64,000 nucleotides of DNA from NCBI GenBank assembly GCA_015680685.1, contig MNCI01000404.1:76829-140828 (forward strand). The letters run 5' to 3'. The position numbers were made by a program, and so were the translations under genes. Source of the DNA: Gnetum montanum. Taxonomy: Eukaryota; Plantae; Gnetophyta. Below the pieces are notes generated by a model that was not told where the DNA came from, did no database searches, and saw only the letters and a program-made list of their open reading frames with translations. Below are positions 12,301 to 25,569 of the stretch, one piece after another (positions within the stretch are counted from its first letter, which is position 1; every line of letters starts with the position of its first letter).

Positions 12301-15300
12301 ATAGATATTAACATCTTCATCATTAGAGAGTTGTTAATGAACTTGCTCAAGTTCATCCATGCTTTCAACATAAGCACATGTTAGGCTCTTAATTGGTTCC
12401 ATGCATAATGTGCTACTATCTAAGTCAACTATTAGCCACTAAATACCCTCCTGTTTTATGGTTTCTATGTATGGACACCTTTGAATATATGTTTCTTGTG
12501 CACACTAATTGCATGCTTTGATGTATGTACTTTTGATGGACTAAATCATTTGCACGCAATTGCACCCATTATCATTGTATGAAATGCATGGAATATGCTT
12601 CTTCTCTAACTTTCCAAATTCATTTTCCTTGGAGCTTTCCAAAGATAGGTCCCTTATACCCATAGGTGCATCTACTATGCTTAACCATGCTCTTCCCATA
12701 ATGATGGGGAAGTCATCTTTATAGTTTTTGACCTTAATCACTAGAAAATCAGCAAGATAGGACTGCCTGCTAACTATGGTCACAATGTCCTCCATCAATC
12801 ACAAAGGAACAATGATTGACTAGTCTGCCAATTCTAAATGGATATTGCTCTTCTTGAGAGGTGGTAGGTTCCAAGCCTTGTACATGTCATGAGAGATGAG
12901 GTTGACATCAGAACCAGAATTAAGAAGAGCCTTGCATGGCTCATGTCCAATGATCTATAGGTAAATGAGAGGATTTCCTAGGTTAGATCTTTTCATGGAA
13001 ATATTTCCAACCTTGATCCAATCAGAAATAGCATGAGTTAGCATTACAGTATAGATCTGAGGTGGTGTTTGGTTTGAAGGGTACTTGAAGGTATTTGATG
13101 TAACAGATGAGGGTACTAGAGATATGGGAAATTAGACTACTAGGTTGTGATGGTTAGAGAGGACTATTGAGTCGAAAGAAAGGTCTTTTTCTAGATTGAT
13201 TGTTCAAACCTCTTAACTGAAAAGGTACTTGTGAAGGAATCTCACCCTGCATGGATGAAGCAAGAGGTAATTGGGTTGAGGGCAGAGGTGTGTGTGTAGA
13301 TGGATGCGGAGGGTGGTATGGATGTGGGTTTTCTCCTTGAGTAGATGGTGAATGTGTTCAATTGTACTCCAAAGAGTAATAGTGATGCTAAAATGAGGCA
13401 TGACTTGCGAAACTTCTTAGAGAGATGAGTTGCTAAACATAGTACCTGTATGGATTTGTTTGCCTATAAGGATACTGCTATCTTGGTGATGACATTCCCC
13501 AAGATTTTGGTTGGTGCCACTATTGGTATTGTTCATATGATTGTGGTGGAGCTCCACTTGGGTAGAAAGCTTGTTGTTGGTGGTGGAACTATCTTGGATT
13601 ACCTTGAGAATAAGGCAATCATCTAGGTGCTTACCTATGTGCTAATCGAGGATTTAATGTGTACATTCTAAACTCTTGTAATTGTGACATCACAAGGCAA
13701 CACCCCTTTAGATGTTCATATTAATATATGTTACATCTAGTTTCATTGTCAAAGTTAGCTTCCACAACTTTCTCTATGGCAACAACTTTGCCCTTACCTC
13801 TCTAGTAAGCACATTCAAGTTCTTCTCACCCCTTGCAATTATGATCACTATTTTTCTCTTTAGAGTCTTTAGTAATCTTCATATCAGTTTGGAATTTTTC
13901 ATCCAAATAGTCCCATAATTTATCAACCTTTTCCTAAATATTAGAAACAGATTTTTCAATGGGCTAGGTTTTCCTATTCACCACTTCATCAAGTGGTAAC
14001 TACTCCTCATCACAAAATTAGACCTCCCGTTTCCTAATGGAAGGGTCCCTATTATACTTTTCTGCACTTTCCCTCTTTTGCAACTCACCTTCTTCTTTTA
14101 CTACCTACTCTATCAGCCTTTGGATCTAATAAGCTCTTAGTTCAAACAATCTCCCTTGGGCATACACCCCAAGAGTTCTTCTAGTTTCTACTCTAAGCCC
14201 ATCTATGATGTGGCGAATTTGTTCCCTCTAAGAATAACCATGACTAGGGCATCAATGTAAGAGTGAATAATATCTACCCATGGTGGCATCCAAGGGTTCA
14301 TGTATTCCCTATTTCCAACCATGGATTGGTCATCTCAGAATAGACACTCTCGAGTATGTCTAGTATTTGTAATTAAACAACTCTAACATGAGACTCCATT
14401 GGTGAATGGATTCTGGTTCCAAGGATTGGTACCAACTTTCAGCTTCCTTGATGAGTATCCTAGGGAAGAGCTTGAGTTTCTGCCAATCATTTTCAATGTT
14501 TTATAAGGCATAGGCATAATGGAAAGATTGTAGATGATTCTATGAATCAAGATTGTATCCCCCTCAAATTATAGGATTTTATTCATGTCTAAGCACTTGA
14601 TCAGGCTATATTTCATATGCTTGGTTGGGATCTTTACTACCTCTACAATTTTGAGGATGCTTTGAGTCACCAATAGAGGTTCATCATCATGATTATGTCA
14701 ATGACATTGATGATGGTTTCTGTCACCTCTGCATTCTTGATGCTTGATGGTCATTATTATCTTATTGATCACCTTCATCACGATAATTTCGACAGTAGCT
14801 TCTATGAGAACTAGCAGATGAAGAGGAATGTTTAGAATTAGATGAAGAGGATGGAGAGGAATGTGGACCACCATTTCCACTGTGGTGTCTACCATCACTT
14901 TTTTTCTCATTACAATCCCCATCCTTAGATCCCTTACCATTGCAATGCTTGCCCAAGTCCCTACCTCGACTGTTACTTTTTTCTAAACCTAGTTTATAAA
15001 GAGTGGATCATAGGTTCAGGGTCACATCCTCATTACCAATAACAAGGGATGGAGAATCTTCATGTTGAAAACCTTCAAAGGGAGGATCCTCTTTATCATC
15101 TTAATCTAGTAGGAATAAAGGATTAGTGAAATGTTTCCCCTTTGTAGCCTCATGATGCTTCTCCTGATGTCAATCTCACTTGCATTGTGTTTCAATGGGA
15201 CGATAGTCCCAAGTGTCATAACCATTCACAATGTATTCCTTGTGAAGATATAGAATGCCCAACTTCTTAAGAGTTTGAAATAACATCCCTGGTACAGATC

Positions 15301-15469
15301 GATTAGGAGGTAATACAATGTTTCCTTCCATGTCACACCATCACAGCTATTCATCCTAATGTAGGATGAAGGTGAAGTTTAGTACATACTTATCTAGATG
15401 AGTAGATACCACTTTTCACTCTCGTGGGGCTAGCTAATTGACATCTTCACACCTATGAGAAGAAGACAT
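9394..15469 (-). pseudogene. Degenerate gag-pol of Athila-like copy 1
   Basis: Start MSSSHR at 15469; protease region (YLADFLVIKV...PIIMGRAWL); RT/RH remnants; integrase (NVVNKFGMPRTLVSD...; LWEGPY). Many stops and frameshifts. Confidence 0.9.
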
Positions 15470-16162
15470 TTTGCAAAACAAATAAAATTATCAGTGTGCT
15501 TAGTAGTTATATGTTATTTGAAAGTGATGTTGACCTAGAGTTTGTCCAACAATATTAATAGTATTCACTAATCCTAGATAGCACATGTTCAACAAACAAA
15601 GGCCCCAACAAAAATGTCAATGATGAGCAATGAGGTACCGTCCAACCATATGAATCAAAAAGCGTTCATGGGTGATCCAATCAAATTTCTTGGACTTTAT
15701 AGTTTCTAGCACACTAGTCTTCTAGGAAGTGAACTTTTCCTTAAGGTCATTCGTTGTCTTCTCAATTACATTTGTGACATAAACTAGTATGGTTAAGTGT
15801 AATTGAGGCATCTGATTTTTATCATTTTGTATTTTATGATTTTGGTATTTAAATAAAGATAACGTAATTGGATAACTAATTTCACACATGAAGACATTTG
15901 GTTGCCATTATTATGTGAAGACTTCTCATCATTTCTTGAATGAATTAGAAGATAGAGGTAACAAATGCATTTTTCTTAGATTTAACTCAAAAACTAGTAG
16001 CTACGATGCCAAGGATGATGGCATCATGTGTGTTCCATACCGTGTTCCCATTGCGTCGTGAACTATGTTCTAGAGCTACGACATCCCACCCACATGTCAG
16101 CACCGTGCATGCTTGTTCGATGCGTACTTGGCGTAGATGCATGCTAGGGACGTAACGCAAAC

Positions 16163-16515
16163 CCAGTTTAAGGTCTTGGTAGATCGTGTGCTGGTTTAAA
16201 GTCCCAATGCACTGTCGTGCTGGTTTAAGTTCCCAGCAAATTGGACATTCCAGTTTAATGTCATCGTGGATGTGTCGCACTAGCTTATAGTCATAGCGGA
16301 CTAGCTAAGCTAGTTTTACGTCATACCGGATAGTTGCTGCCAGTTTAACGTTGTACCAGACGTTGCTTGTTGTTGTTGCTAGTTTATCGTCATAGTGGAC
16401 GGTGCTCGATGTTGCTAGTTTAACGTCATTACAGACACTAGTTGATGTTGTTCACAATTTAACTTCGTAGCGGATGTTGCTCGTGGCCGCTAGTTTAACG
16501 TCATTGTGGACACTA
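16163..16515. repeat. Degenerate tandem array C: about 11 units of 28-40 bp, core CYAGTTTAAnGTCATnnnnGAC
   Basis: Cores at about 16163, 16191, 16220, 16250, 16280, 16310, 16340, 16379, 16415, 16455, 16490; immediately downstream of the integrase stop (16533). Confidence 0.85.
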
Positions 16516-16532
16516 CTTGTTGTCTTCATGCT

Positions 16533-19500
16533 TTAGATGTAATATGGATTGAGGTATGAGTGATTCACTGGATTGGTGAACTCGTTGTCGTCCATGTCTA
16601 CCAGCTTGAAGGCTCCATTCCTGAAGGCTTTAGTGACCATGTAAGGGCCTTCCCAGTTGGCTGAGAATTTTCTCACATGCTTGCAAACAGCCTTGAGGAT
16701 GAGGTCTTCCTTTTGCACTAGCCGTCAATGCAGGTCTGCACAGTGCTTTTGTTGTTTCTTGCTCTGGTAGTGCTCTATGCGTCTCAGCATCTGTGTGTGC
16801 TCCTCCTCTACTACGTCGAGGTCGATAATCTGTGACTCGTTGTTCTGGGCTTCGCTCACGACCTCCACGAGGATCATCCAGAGTGATGGTACCTGCAACT
16901 TAAGAGGTAACACAACTTCAAATCCGTAAATAATGCTATAAGGAGTCTTACTTGTCATGGTTCTCCATGTTGTTCTATAGGCCCAGAGAACGTAGAGGAT
17001 TTGCTCGTGCCACTGCCTCTTGATGTTGCCAAGCATCTGCTTCAACAAGTTGATGATGGACTTATTTGTAGCCTCTTGCTACCCATTTTCCTACGAATAG
17101 TATGACGAGGAGAATGATTGCTTGATGTCTAAGTTACTACAGAAGGTTCAAGGTTCCGTACTACTAAATTGTGGCCCATTGTTAGTCACAATAGTCATTG
17201 GAAGCCCAAACCTAGTCACAATGTTATCTAGGATGAAATGGCAGATTTGCTGAGACATCATTTTCCTCAGGGGAATAGCTTCCACCCTTTTAGTAAAATA
17301 CTCAATGGTGGTGATAATGAAGCTATGCCTTATGGAGGACGTAGGCATGATGGGTCCTATGAGGTCTAGTCCCCATCATTGGAAAGACCACGTGATTTGC
17401 GTTGGGTGCAGGTCCGTAGGTAAGACATGTATGAGATTTGCATATCTCTGGCATGTGTCACATATCTTGACTTTTGAGAGGCAGTCACGCTCCATGTAGG
17501 GCCAATAGTATCCTAGGCGTCTGATTTTTGCAGCCATAGCCCTAGGTGCTATGTGTCCGCTGCACAACCCCTCATGCACTTCATTAACTACCTTCTGTGC
17601 TTGCTCCCCACCCATGCATGTCAGCAATATCCCATCGTAAGAATGTCGACACAAGGCATCATTCCCCATGAGCGTATATTGCCAGGTGCGCTTTTGGATT
17701 GCATCTCTCTGAGTAGATGTCAATCCACTTGGGGGTTCACCATGTTGCAGGTAGGCCTTAATGTGAGCGTACCATTCCTGGGTATCCATAGCACTGATAG
17801 AGGCCAGGTGTCCCACCTGAGTGATCGGCACAGTACATTCGTCAATTAAGGTTAGCAGACTCGCAAATGAGTGTGGTGGAATGTTTAATGCTAAGGTTGC
17901 TAAAGCATCTACCACGGTGTTTTCTTTGCGTGGCACATGTTGCACATCTGTGGTTGCAAATTGCTTAAGTAGACTTTTTGCTAGGTCACAATAGGGTTGC
18001 AGGTGCATATCTTTGCAGGCATAGACCCCGGTGATTTGATTCACAACTAGTTGTGAATCACCATGGATTTCCAAGTATTGTATGCGTAATGTTTGGGCAG
18101 CTGAGAGGCCTCTGAGTAGCCCCTCATATTCCTCCATGTTGTTGGTGCAAGGGAACGCAAAAAAATAAGCAAAAGGATGCATTTTCCCAAATGGAAACGT
18201 GATGACAACACCTGCACTAGCTCCTCACATGGTTGAAGCACCGTCGAAGTGTAGAGTAGCTTCTAGGTGCAAAAGACGATGTTGATAGTGCCAACATGTT
18301 CGTCCAGGAATTTGGGATCTATGGTTGCGTGGTCATCGACGGGTAAGGCTATGAGTTGTGTTGCTATGGCTTGACCCTTAGTCAACGATTGGCTTACATA
18401 GTGTAGATTGAACTCCGCGATTATTGCTTTCCATCGGGCTATCCTACTGCTTTCATACATGTTGTTAGTGATAGCCTAGAGTATGTTGCTTTTGCAAATG
18501 ATGTTGACTGTACTATGAAATAGATAGTGCCTCCACTTTTTTACTGCAAACACTAAGGCAAGGCAATTCCTCTCTACTTCGTTGTATTTTTCCTCATGTG
18601 CTATTAGTGCATGACTCAGGTAGTACACTGGTATCTTAGATCTATCGTCTCGTTTCTAACGTAGCAGTGTTGCGATAGATGTGTTGGAGGTGGCAAGGTA
18701 GATGAAGAAATGCTTATCCCTTTGTGGCGGATGCATAGTTGGGAGGTGCAAGAGCTCTTCCTTCAAGTCATCGAAGGCTTGTTGACACTGGTTTGTCCAC
18801 TCGAAGTCAACCCCTTTCTTTAGAAGATGTTGCATGGTGTGTAACTTGTCAGTCAACTTTGTTATAAACCTTTGAATGAACTGTACCCTACCTTGTAAGC
18901 CACGTAACTCCTTAAGGTTCGTAGGAGGTTACAGGTTGACGATGGCCTTGACTTTATCAGGGTCCACTCATATTCCAGCCTCCGATACCATGAATCCTAG
19001 CATGTGTCTAGTTTTCACACAAAAGACACACTTCTTAGGATTAAGGCATAAGTTGTGCATTTGGCAACACTTGAGGACTACCCCTAGATCGTGTGGATGA
19101 CTAGCAGCCTCCTTAGACTTGATTGTTATATCGTCCACATAGTTATTTAGTGTTTCTAGGATGTAATCGCTGAAGATGTAGGTCATGGCTCACTGGTAGA
19201 TTGCTCCAGCGTTCTTAAGCCCAAAAGGCATCATGGTGTAGCAGAATGTACCCCATGGGGTCATGAAGGTTGTCGTTAGCTAATGCTCTGGGTTGATGGG
19301 AATTTGGTTGTAGCCAGAAAAGCCATCCATGAAGGATAGTAGAGCATGACTAGCCATGGTGTCGATAAGTTGATCAATGCTTGGGACTGGGAATTCTTCT
19401 TTGATTGTCACCTTGTTCAGATCCCAGAATTCTATGCAGATTCGTATTCCTCCCATTTTCATGGAAACTACGACGATGTTGGACACCCACTTCAAATAAT

Positions 19501-20002
19501 CAATTGCATGGATGAAGCCAGCTTGGTATAACTTGGTGATTTCGTCCCTTATGTCTAACGTGATTTCTAGCTTAACTTTTCGAGCCTTCTGCTTAACTGC
19601 CTTCATGCATGGGTCTAGGACAATGTTGTGTTGTATCAGCTATGGGTCTAAACTTGGCATGTCAATGTACAACCATGCAAAGATGTTGATGTTGTCTTGT
19701 AGAATTTTGGCTATGTTTTCGTGCGTTTGTGCATCTAGGAGGGAGCTAAGCTTTAGCGTCTTTAGTTCCCCCTTGGATGTGGTCATAGGAATCTTGATGA
19801 GACGGTCTTCGATTACATCCCTAGCCTCCAAATCTAGGGTTCAAACTAGATGCTCGGGCTAGTCTGGGAATGCTTCTAAAGATGATATGGTGCTAGCCAT
19901 GGTCGACCCCCAGTTGATTTGGTTTTAGTTCAACTGTCTCACGAGCCTGCCATGTGGACCTTCTAGGGCTAAAGACGTGGAGAGATCGTGATGTATCTCC
20001 AT
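16533..20002 (-). pseudogene. Tat-type pol (RT, RH, aRH, integrase), degenerate
   Basis: RT motifs (WVSNIVVV, SFMDGFSGYNQI, MPFGLKNAGA, YVDD), aRH, integrase zinc finger (HEGLCSGH...CDTCQ), NWEGPY. In-frame ATG at 20002 (171 nt upstream of the ORF at 19831). Confidence 0.92.
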
Positions 20003-20263
20003 TTTCTGCTTAACCTGTCAACATGAGATGAAACCCTGGTTAAGAGGCACCTGTTGGCAGTAATCGTGTACAATGAAAATTTGCAAGGCAATGATGAGAT
20101 GTATGATATAGAGATTCAAACTTTTGCCAGTTCAAAGTCATGGTAGGCCATTATGGCATGGAGATGTAGAGATGCTAAAATAGGAAAAGTAAAACTATCA
20201 ACATGTGAATGTGAAACTGCTAAGGAGAAAACGTCAAACTGTCAATGTGAAAACACGAGATTA

Positions 20264-20536
20264 CTAGTTTAGTGTCATTGCGGACTGAAAATGTATAATA
20301 GATCAAAAAATTCTAGTTTAAGGTCTTTTCGGACCACAAGAATTGCAACTGCACTAGGGTTTTCTAGTTTAAGGTCTTTTCGGACCAATAAACACATAAC
20401 TATGCTACAATTGCTAGTTTAGGGTCTTTCCGGATCAGTAAATGCGTAACTATGCTACGATTGCTAGTTTAAGGTCTTTCTGGACCGGTATACGCGTAAC
20501 TATGCTATGATTACTAGTTTAAGGTCTTTCCGGACC
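20264..20536. repeat. Tandem array B: 6 x about 50 bp, core CTAGTTTAAGGTCTTTCCGGACC
   Basis: Cores at 20264, 20313, 20364, 20414, 20464, 20514. Confidence 0.92.
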
Positions 20537-20715
20537 GTGATAATCGAAAATATATTTTTTCATTTTTTTGGGAAAGCAAGTCATTAGCTTGAAGCATATC
20601 AAGGTTTTAATGCTAATAATGTTATGATGTCATGACGAGCATGCTATGCTATATAGCACACTTCGCATTAAATGAAGAGAGATGGCGGCAAGTTTTCCAT
20701 TTTTACCATTTCGAT

Positions 20716-20724
20716 CATAAATAG
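20716..20724 (+). promoter_or_regulatory. TATA-like box of the internal antisense gene
   Basis: CATAAATAG(GG) followed by a CpG-rich leader and aagATGG at 20873. Confidence 0.5.
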
Positions 20725-20872
20725 GGATTAAACCCTGGTAATCTTGCTATTCTCACCGTAAGAACGCAGTGCCCATATTCGGAGTGCAAGGCGATTTCAG
20801 AGCGATTTTGCTAACGGCGAGCAAGGCAGTTTTCTGCACAGTGACGAGGAAAAGAAATCTACGATCAAGAAG

Positions 20873-23800
20873 ATGGCTCTGAGGAAGGAATGCACGAACT
20901 TGGCACTTGCAAAGGTCAAGGAGGTGAAGCAAACCCTAGGGTGCATGACACAAGTGCACATCGTGGCGCGAAAGGACACGCCACTGACTCGGTAGGCCAC
21001 CATGCTCCCTTTGTTTTTTCAAGATTCTGCTATTTTTTTCGCTTCTGTTGTTCTCTGCTTTCATTTTGTATCCTAGTTTTAGCCATTTTCATTTTTTGTT
21101 ATTGTGTTGTTTTGGCCTTTGCATCGCCCTTGCTATCATTTTGGAAGCAGCGAGTGCACAAACATTATGCCATTGTTGCATGCAAGGTCGCTTAAACTGG
21201 CATCACCACAGTTTTCATAACCGCGGGGGTTCACGCAGTTTAAGCTACTTGGCTTTCAAACAACATGATGTAGGACCCTCAAGGGAGTTGGGCCATGCGT
21301 GATGTAAGAGTGTGACACATGTTTTGTCAAGGCGTATCGTTAATTGCCCTGTTAGAGTTAATTGCTCTATTGCTATGCTAGGCTATTTTTTTGCTACGCT
21401 ACCGTTGTCATGTTCTTGCTACGCTACATGCAAGAAGAGGATTATGCTATGCTATATGCATGGATTGCTAAGTATTGCTACGTTGCATGTGTATTACACA
21501 TAGATATGATGCTAACACTCACTGGTTGCATTGTGCAAGGTGGGGTTGAGGCCCAAGCTAATTGTTGTAGAAATTAGAGGGGTCCTGTGCCTTGTGAGCA
21601 AACCTATGGCCAACACTTCTCCTCCCTAGATACACATAGGAGAACAGGGAGTCTAGTTTAGGAAAGGGGCATAGGACTTCTTGCAATTCCTCCTTGACCA
21701 CTTTAGTGTGATCGTTTGGTCCTCCCTAGAGGAGGAGGAGGGGACTGGCATAATAGAAGCCATATTTCCTGGGGCAAGCCAGGGCATTCTGAGGTTCTTA
21801 ACTGACGGGGCAAGCCAGGGCATTCTGAGGTTCTTAATTGACAGGGCAAGCCAGGGCATTCTGAGGTTCTTAACTGACGGGGCAATCATGAGAAGGCAAG
21901 GGGAAGGATCCAATCAGCGTCCAACAAGGTTAAGGAATTTGACTTGGATCTAGGAAATGCCTGAGTACAGCTACTACCACTATTTCCCACACTATTCCTT
22001 GCATATTTTATGACAACGTGCTTCCAGAACCCACAGGGAACTATCTACTATGCTGGTGGGTGAGTTTTGCAACCTTGCTCCACTGTGTTATGCAACGCTG
22101 GCCATATTGGCCAAATGCTAACAGTGTGTTTTTGTTACTAGGTTCTTCATCAACCAGGATGGAGTTCACGACTGACCGGGTCTGCTGGCTATAGCATAAC
22201 TAGCCCTACAGGAGTTCTCTTCTACTAAGAACTTGCGGGCGGGTGTGATTGGTCAATGTGGGGGTGAATATCATACTTACCTAGGCCTATTCCACATTCT
22301 CTATGATCAATGCAAGGGGTAGGGTTGGCTAGATGAAGAGTGGGTAGAACCCTTCAAGCTGGTCATGGTTGAACAAGTTCTGGTTGAACTTCTACCATTC
22401 CTATTACCGTATAGGCCTGGTAGGCCAAACAATGAGTGTTACATGTTCAAGTATTTTTTCATTCTTTGTACTTTCTATGTCTTTATGCTAAACATTTTTG
22501 CAAAAATGTTGCAGGGGCAAAGAAGCCCCAGGAGGTGACGGTGGTAACCGTCGAGGCATAGGGGACAAACATCTACTTCAAATATGACAAAGTAGAACCA
22601 AACCAATGCTAGATAAACCGTGCAAATTTGGATTCCTTGGTCTGGAACATCCAAGAGGCTGGGCTTATGGATCTATTCATGGCCCTGAATCTGAGTGTTC
22701 CTGCCACCAAGATGCTCTCCCTGGTCAACTCCTTTTCTGAAAAGACGAGCCACTTTCACACACACATACAGGGCATGCGGGTGGTCATTGAAATCAATGA
22801 CCAGCTCTTCGTGGACCTGTTCGATGTTCCTGCTAACGATGTCCTTGGTCGAAGAGCAAGAAGGAGCTGACCCTTCAAAAGAAGGATATTCATGAGTGGC
22901 TGGGGATTGCTAAGGAGTGAAAGGGGCTCCCCATGGATAAGCTTAAAGATGAACTCACCAAGAAGATTTACCCTATCTTCAATGCTCATGCGTTCCCCCA
23001 GCTGCTTACCCAAGGGAAGGTCTTGGGGCTTGAGCAGGCCTAGATAATGCGAGAGGTTATGGAAGAAGGGGCCTGTTACAACTAGGCCAGCTATCTATGT
23101 AAAGGCTTGTAAGTTGAAATCTTGGGACTCCTCCAGAAATTGGAGTCCCATTACAACATACATTATGCCTTCTATGTAGGTTGTCTGAAGCACTTCGCAA
23201 AGTTCCTGGTGGTTCACGAGAATGGAGTTTGGGTCATGTGAAATTGTAACCAGATTTCCAGGCCATGGATTTGCCAGATCCTCCGGACCGTCTGAGCCCA
23301 AGATCCCCCAGAAATAATTGGGGAGTCACTATCTGTAACAACTAAGGATCAGATGGCTTGCAACATTCGTGGCTAGGATAGCATAGGAGAGACACCCCCT
23401 ACTATAGCTGGTAGCGTGTCGCAGAGGGAACGTCTCATAGCTGAGACTATGCCCAAAGAGTTGTGGCGGAAGAGGCCTCCCCCAGCTAAGAAGATCCTTC
23501 GTGTGGAGGAAGATGAGGGGTGAAGACTACAGCTTAAACTACAGAGGATGCAACCCCCTATTGATAAATGATTTTGTGTAATGCTTACTTTGTTATTGTC
23601 TGTTATGCTATGCTACGCTCGACGGCATAGCATAGTGTGGCACCTACTTTAGGCTAACTTGTTTTTGTGCTAATGTAAACATACTTCTCTTCTGGCACAG
23701 GAAGAAGAAGAAAGCAATGAAGAAGTGTCGATCCCTAAGGTGGGAGTGACAAATAAAGACATGAAGGTCCTAGTCATGGAAGAAAGGGCCCCAATCAAGA

Positions 23801-25394
23801 ATAAAGGAGCTCCTGTGGCTAAGGCAAGGGCTCTTGTCATTAGCGAGAATCCTCCTACCAACAAGGAGGACACTTTTGGAGACAAAGTAGAGTCTCCTTT
23901 GAATAAAAGGGACATTGTTCTTTCCAAAGAAAAGGCACCAACACACAAAGAAGAGGCTTGTGCAAGCTCTGCAGGGCCTTCTACCAAGGCTACCACCATC
24001 GTTTTGCATCAGCCAGAAGGGAGACCGCAGCTGGACGCTGGTGAGTTCGGCAATATGTCTGCCTTGTCATAGTCCCCTTTCAACCATTGCTGATATGTTT
24101 AGTCATGTAACAGATGCTACTATTGATGCTGCAGGACCCCCTCCAACTCATGTGAAATCATGGGTTGAGATCCCCAACAAGCTTGCGTTCGTCCAGGGAA
24201 TCATTGATGACATGATCAATCGCCTTCGGCAGGCAAACCTTGACACGGGTAAGTAGTAGTGTTAGATGTTCTCATGTTGTTATGCTAGAGCTTTGTTTAG
24301 TTTTCTAACCTTGCTATGCTAACGCAGTTGCTACGCTCTTTGTGTCATGGCAACCTCTCGACTCAAATGGGACTCATTATGACCTTTGAAAGTCAGTGTC
24401 ATGCCTATGTTTCCGCCTAACATGACCGAGGTGTCTCATAGCATGTACGACGAGGCTTGCAAATGCGTCTTGTACTCGGCATGCTCCTTGTGAGAGTACA
24501 AGCACATCAACGAGGACCTATGGAAACGGGTCCAAAGGGTTGAGCAAAGAAAGGCCGAGCTGGTCACCGAGGTGGAGGATCGCAAGTCAAGGAATGAGTT
24601 TCTCATAGCCTGTGACACAAATAATGAGGACTGGCGCATGGCTGTAGTAGACTACATCAGGTTTTGGACTGTTGCGCGTTAGAATGTTGAAGCCACTTAC
24701 GAGATGATTGAATGGATGTAGATGGACTTGCTGGCCCTGAAGTGTCAGGATCTGAAAGACTTCAGTGCCAAAGTTCACCAATGGGGGTAGTCCCAGAGAA
24801 ACCATAAACACATGTACAAACAGGAAAATGCCACCCATTGTAAACTGTATAAGGACACTGCTATGGAGGCATTTACATATGAAGTGTTCATAAACATCAT
24901 TGACGCTTCTGAGGCGTATGCCAAGTTCAAGGAGTAAGTAAAGGTTACAGAATCTCCTAACTTGAAACTGGACCTTCCCATAGGAGAGACCGCAACCGTC
25001 TCCCTTTCCCTGGGACCACCAAGGTGGACAACCACTGAAAGGAAGAGAGTTATTATGGATGTTGAACCAAGCAACAGGTGTTGGATGGACATCACGGCAG
25101 AGGAGGTCTGGTGTCATCTCAAGCTTGGTTTAGACCGAATACCTTTTGAGACAGACGCAGGCCCTTCTCAGGTTAATCGCTTTCTACCGTGTTAATGCTC
25201 ATGCTCTATTTTTGTTTGCGCTTGTTGCCCTAGCTGACCTCTTCACTCCCACGATGTAGGCTCCAGATGAGGACGTAGGGCCCATAAAGGGAGGGAATGA
25301 AGAATTGGTAGAGGGCGACGCAGAGGAAGGCAATGCAAGAGGCAATGATGCAGAAGCGAAAGGCAAAAATGATGCAAACAAAGACAACCCATGA
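20873..25394 (+). pseudogene. Spliced antisense accessory gene inside the Tat element (PMD-like region, acidic linker, coiled coil, acidic tail), decayed
   Basis: Short introns, mostly T-rich, with branch-point-like CTRAC motifs: 21304-21539, 22060-22141, (22432)-22514, ?-23700, 24249-24327, 25172-25259. First donor at 20992. Last exon is open in phase 0 (APDEDVGP...KDNP stop 25394). AATAAA signals at about 25433-25480. Several stops and frameshifts. Confidence 0.75.
21771..21885 (+). repeat. 3 x 36-bp tandem repeat
   Basis: GGGGCAAGCCAGGGCATTCTGAGGTTCTTAACTGAC repeated; unit length is a multiple of 3 and lies in a predicted exon. Confidence 0.95.
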
Positions 25395-25569
25395 CAGCAT
25401 GGAATTTTGTTTTGAAAATTTTGAAATTTTGGAATAAATTTTGCAAACATTGTTTTAAAATAAAGTAGTTTTGAATAAAGCAAAGAGGATTTTGCGAAAC
25501 AGAAATTTATTTTACACTAACTTGTGTATTGCATACTTGTGTTTTGTAAAATGTTCATGCTTTCATGTG

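Larger units (their letters stand above)
3509..15860 (-). mobile_element. Decayed Athila-like Ty3/gypsy element, copy 1 (both LTRs truncated)
   Basis: LTR end motif TGATGAG..GAGGTACC..CCAACCATA at 3509 and 15621 matches the reverse complement of the end of the 42770-43604 LTR. Decayed tRNA-Asp-type PBS at about 15603-15619. gag-PR-RT-RH-INT remnants, no aRH. Upper boundary approximate. Confidence 0.85.

Noticed and set aside
16163-16515. CRISPR-like appearance of array C (conserved hairpin repeat with variable spacers)
   Set aside because: Eukaryotic retrotransposon context, no cas genes, degenerate repeats, and short spacers related to one another.
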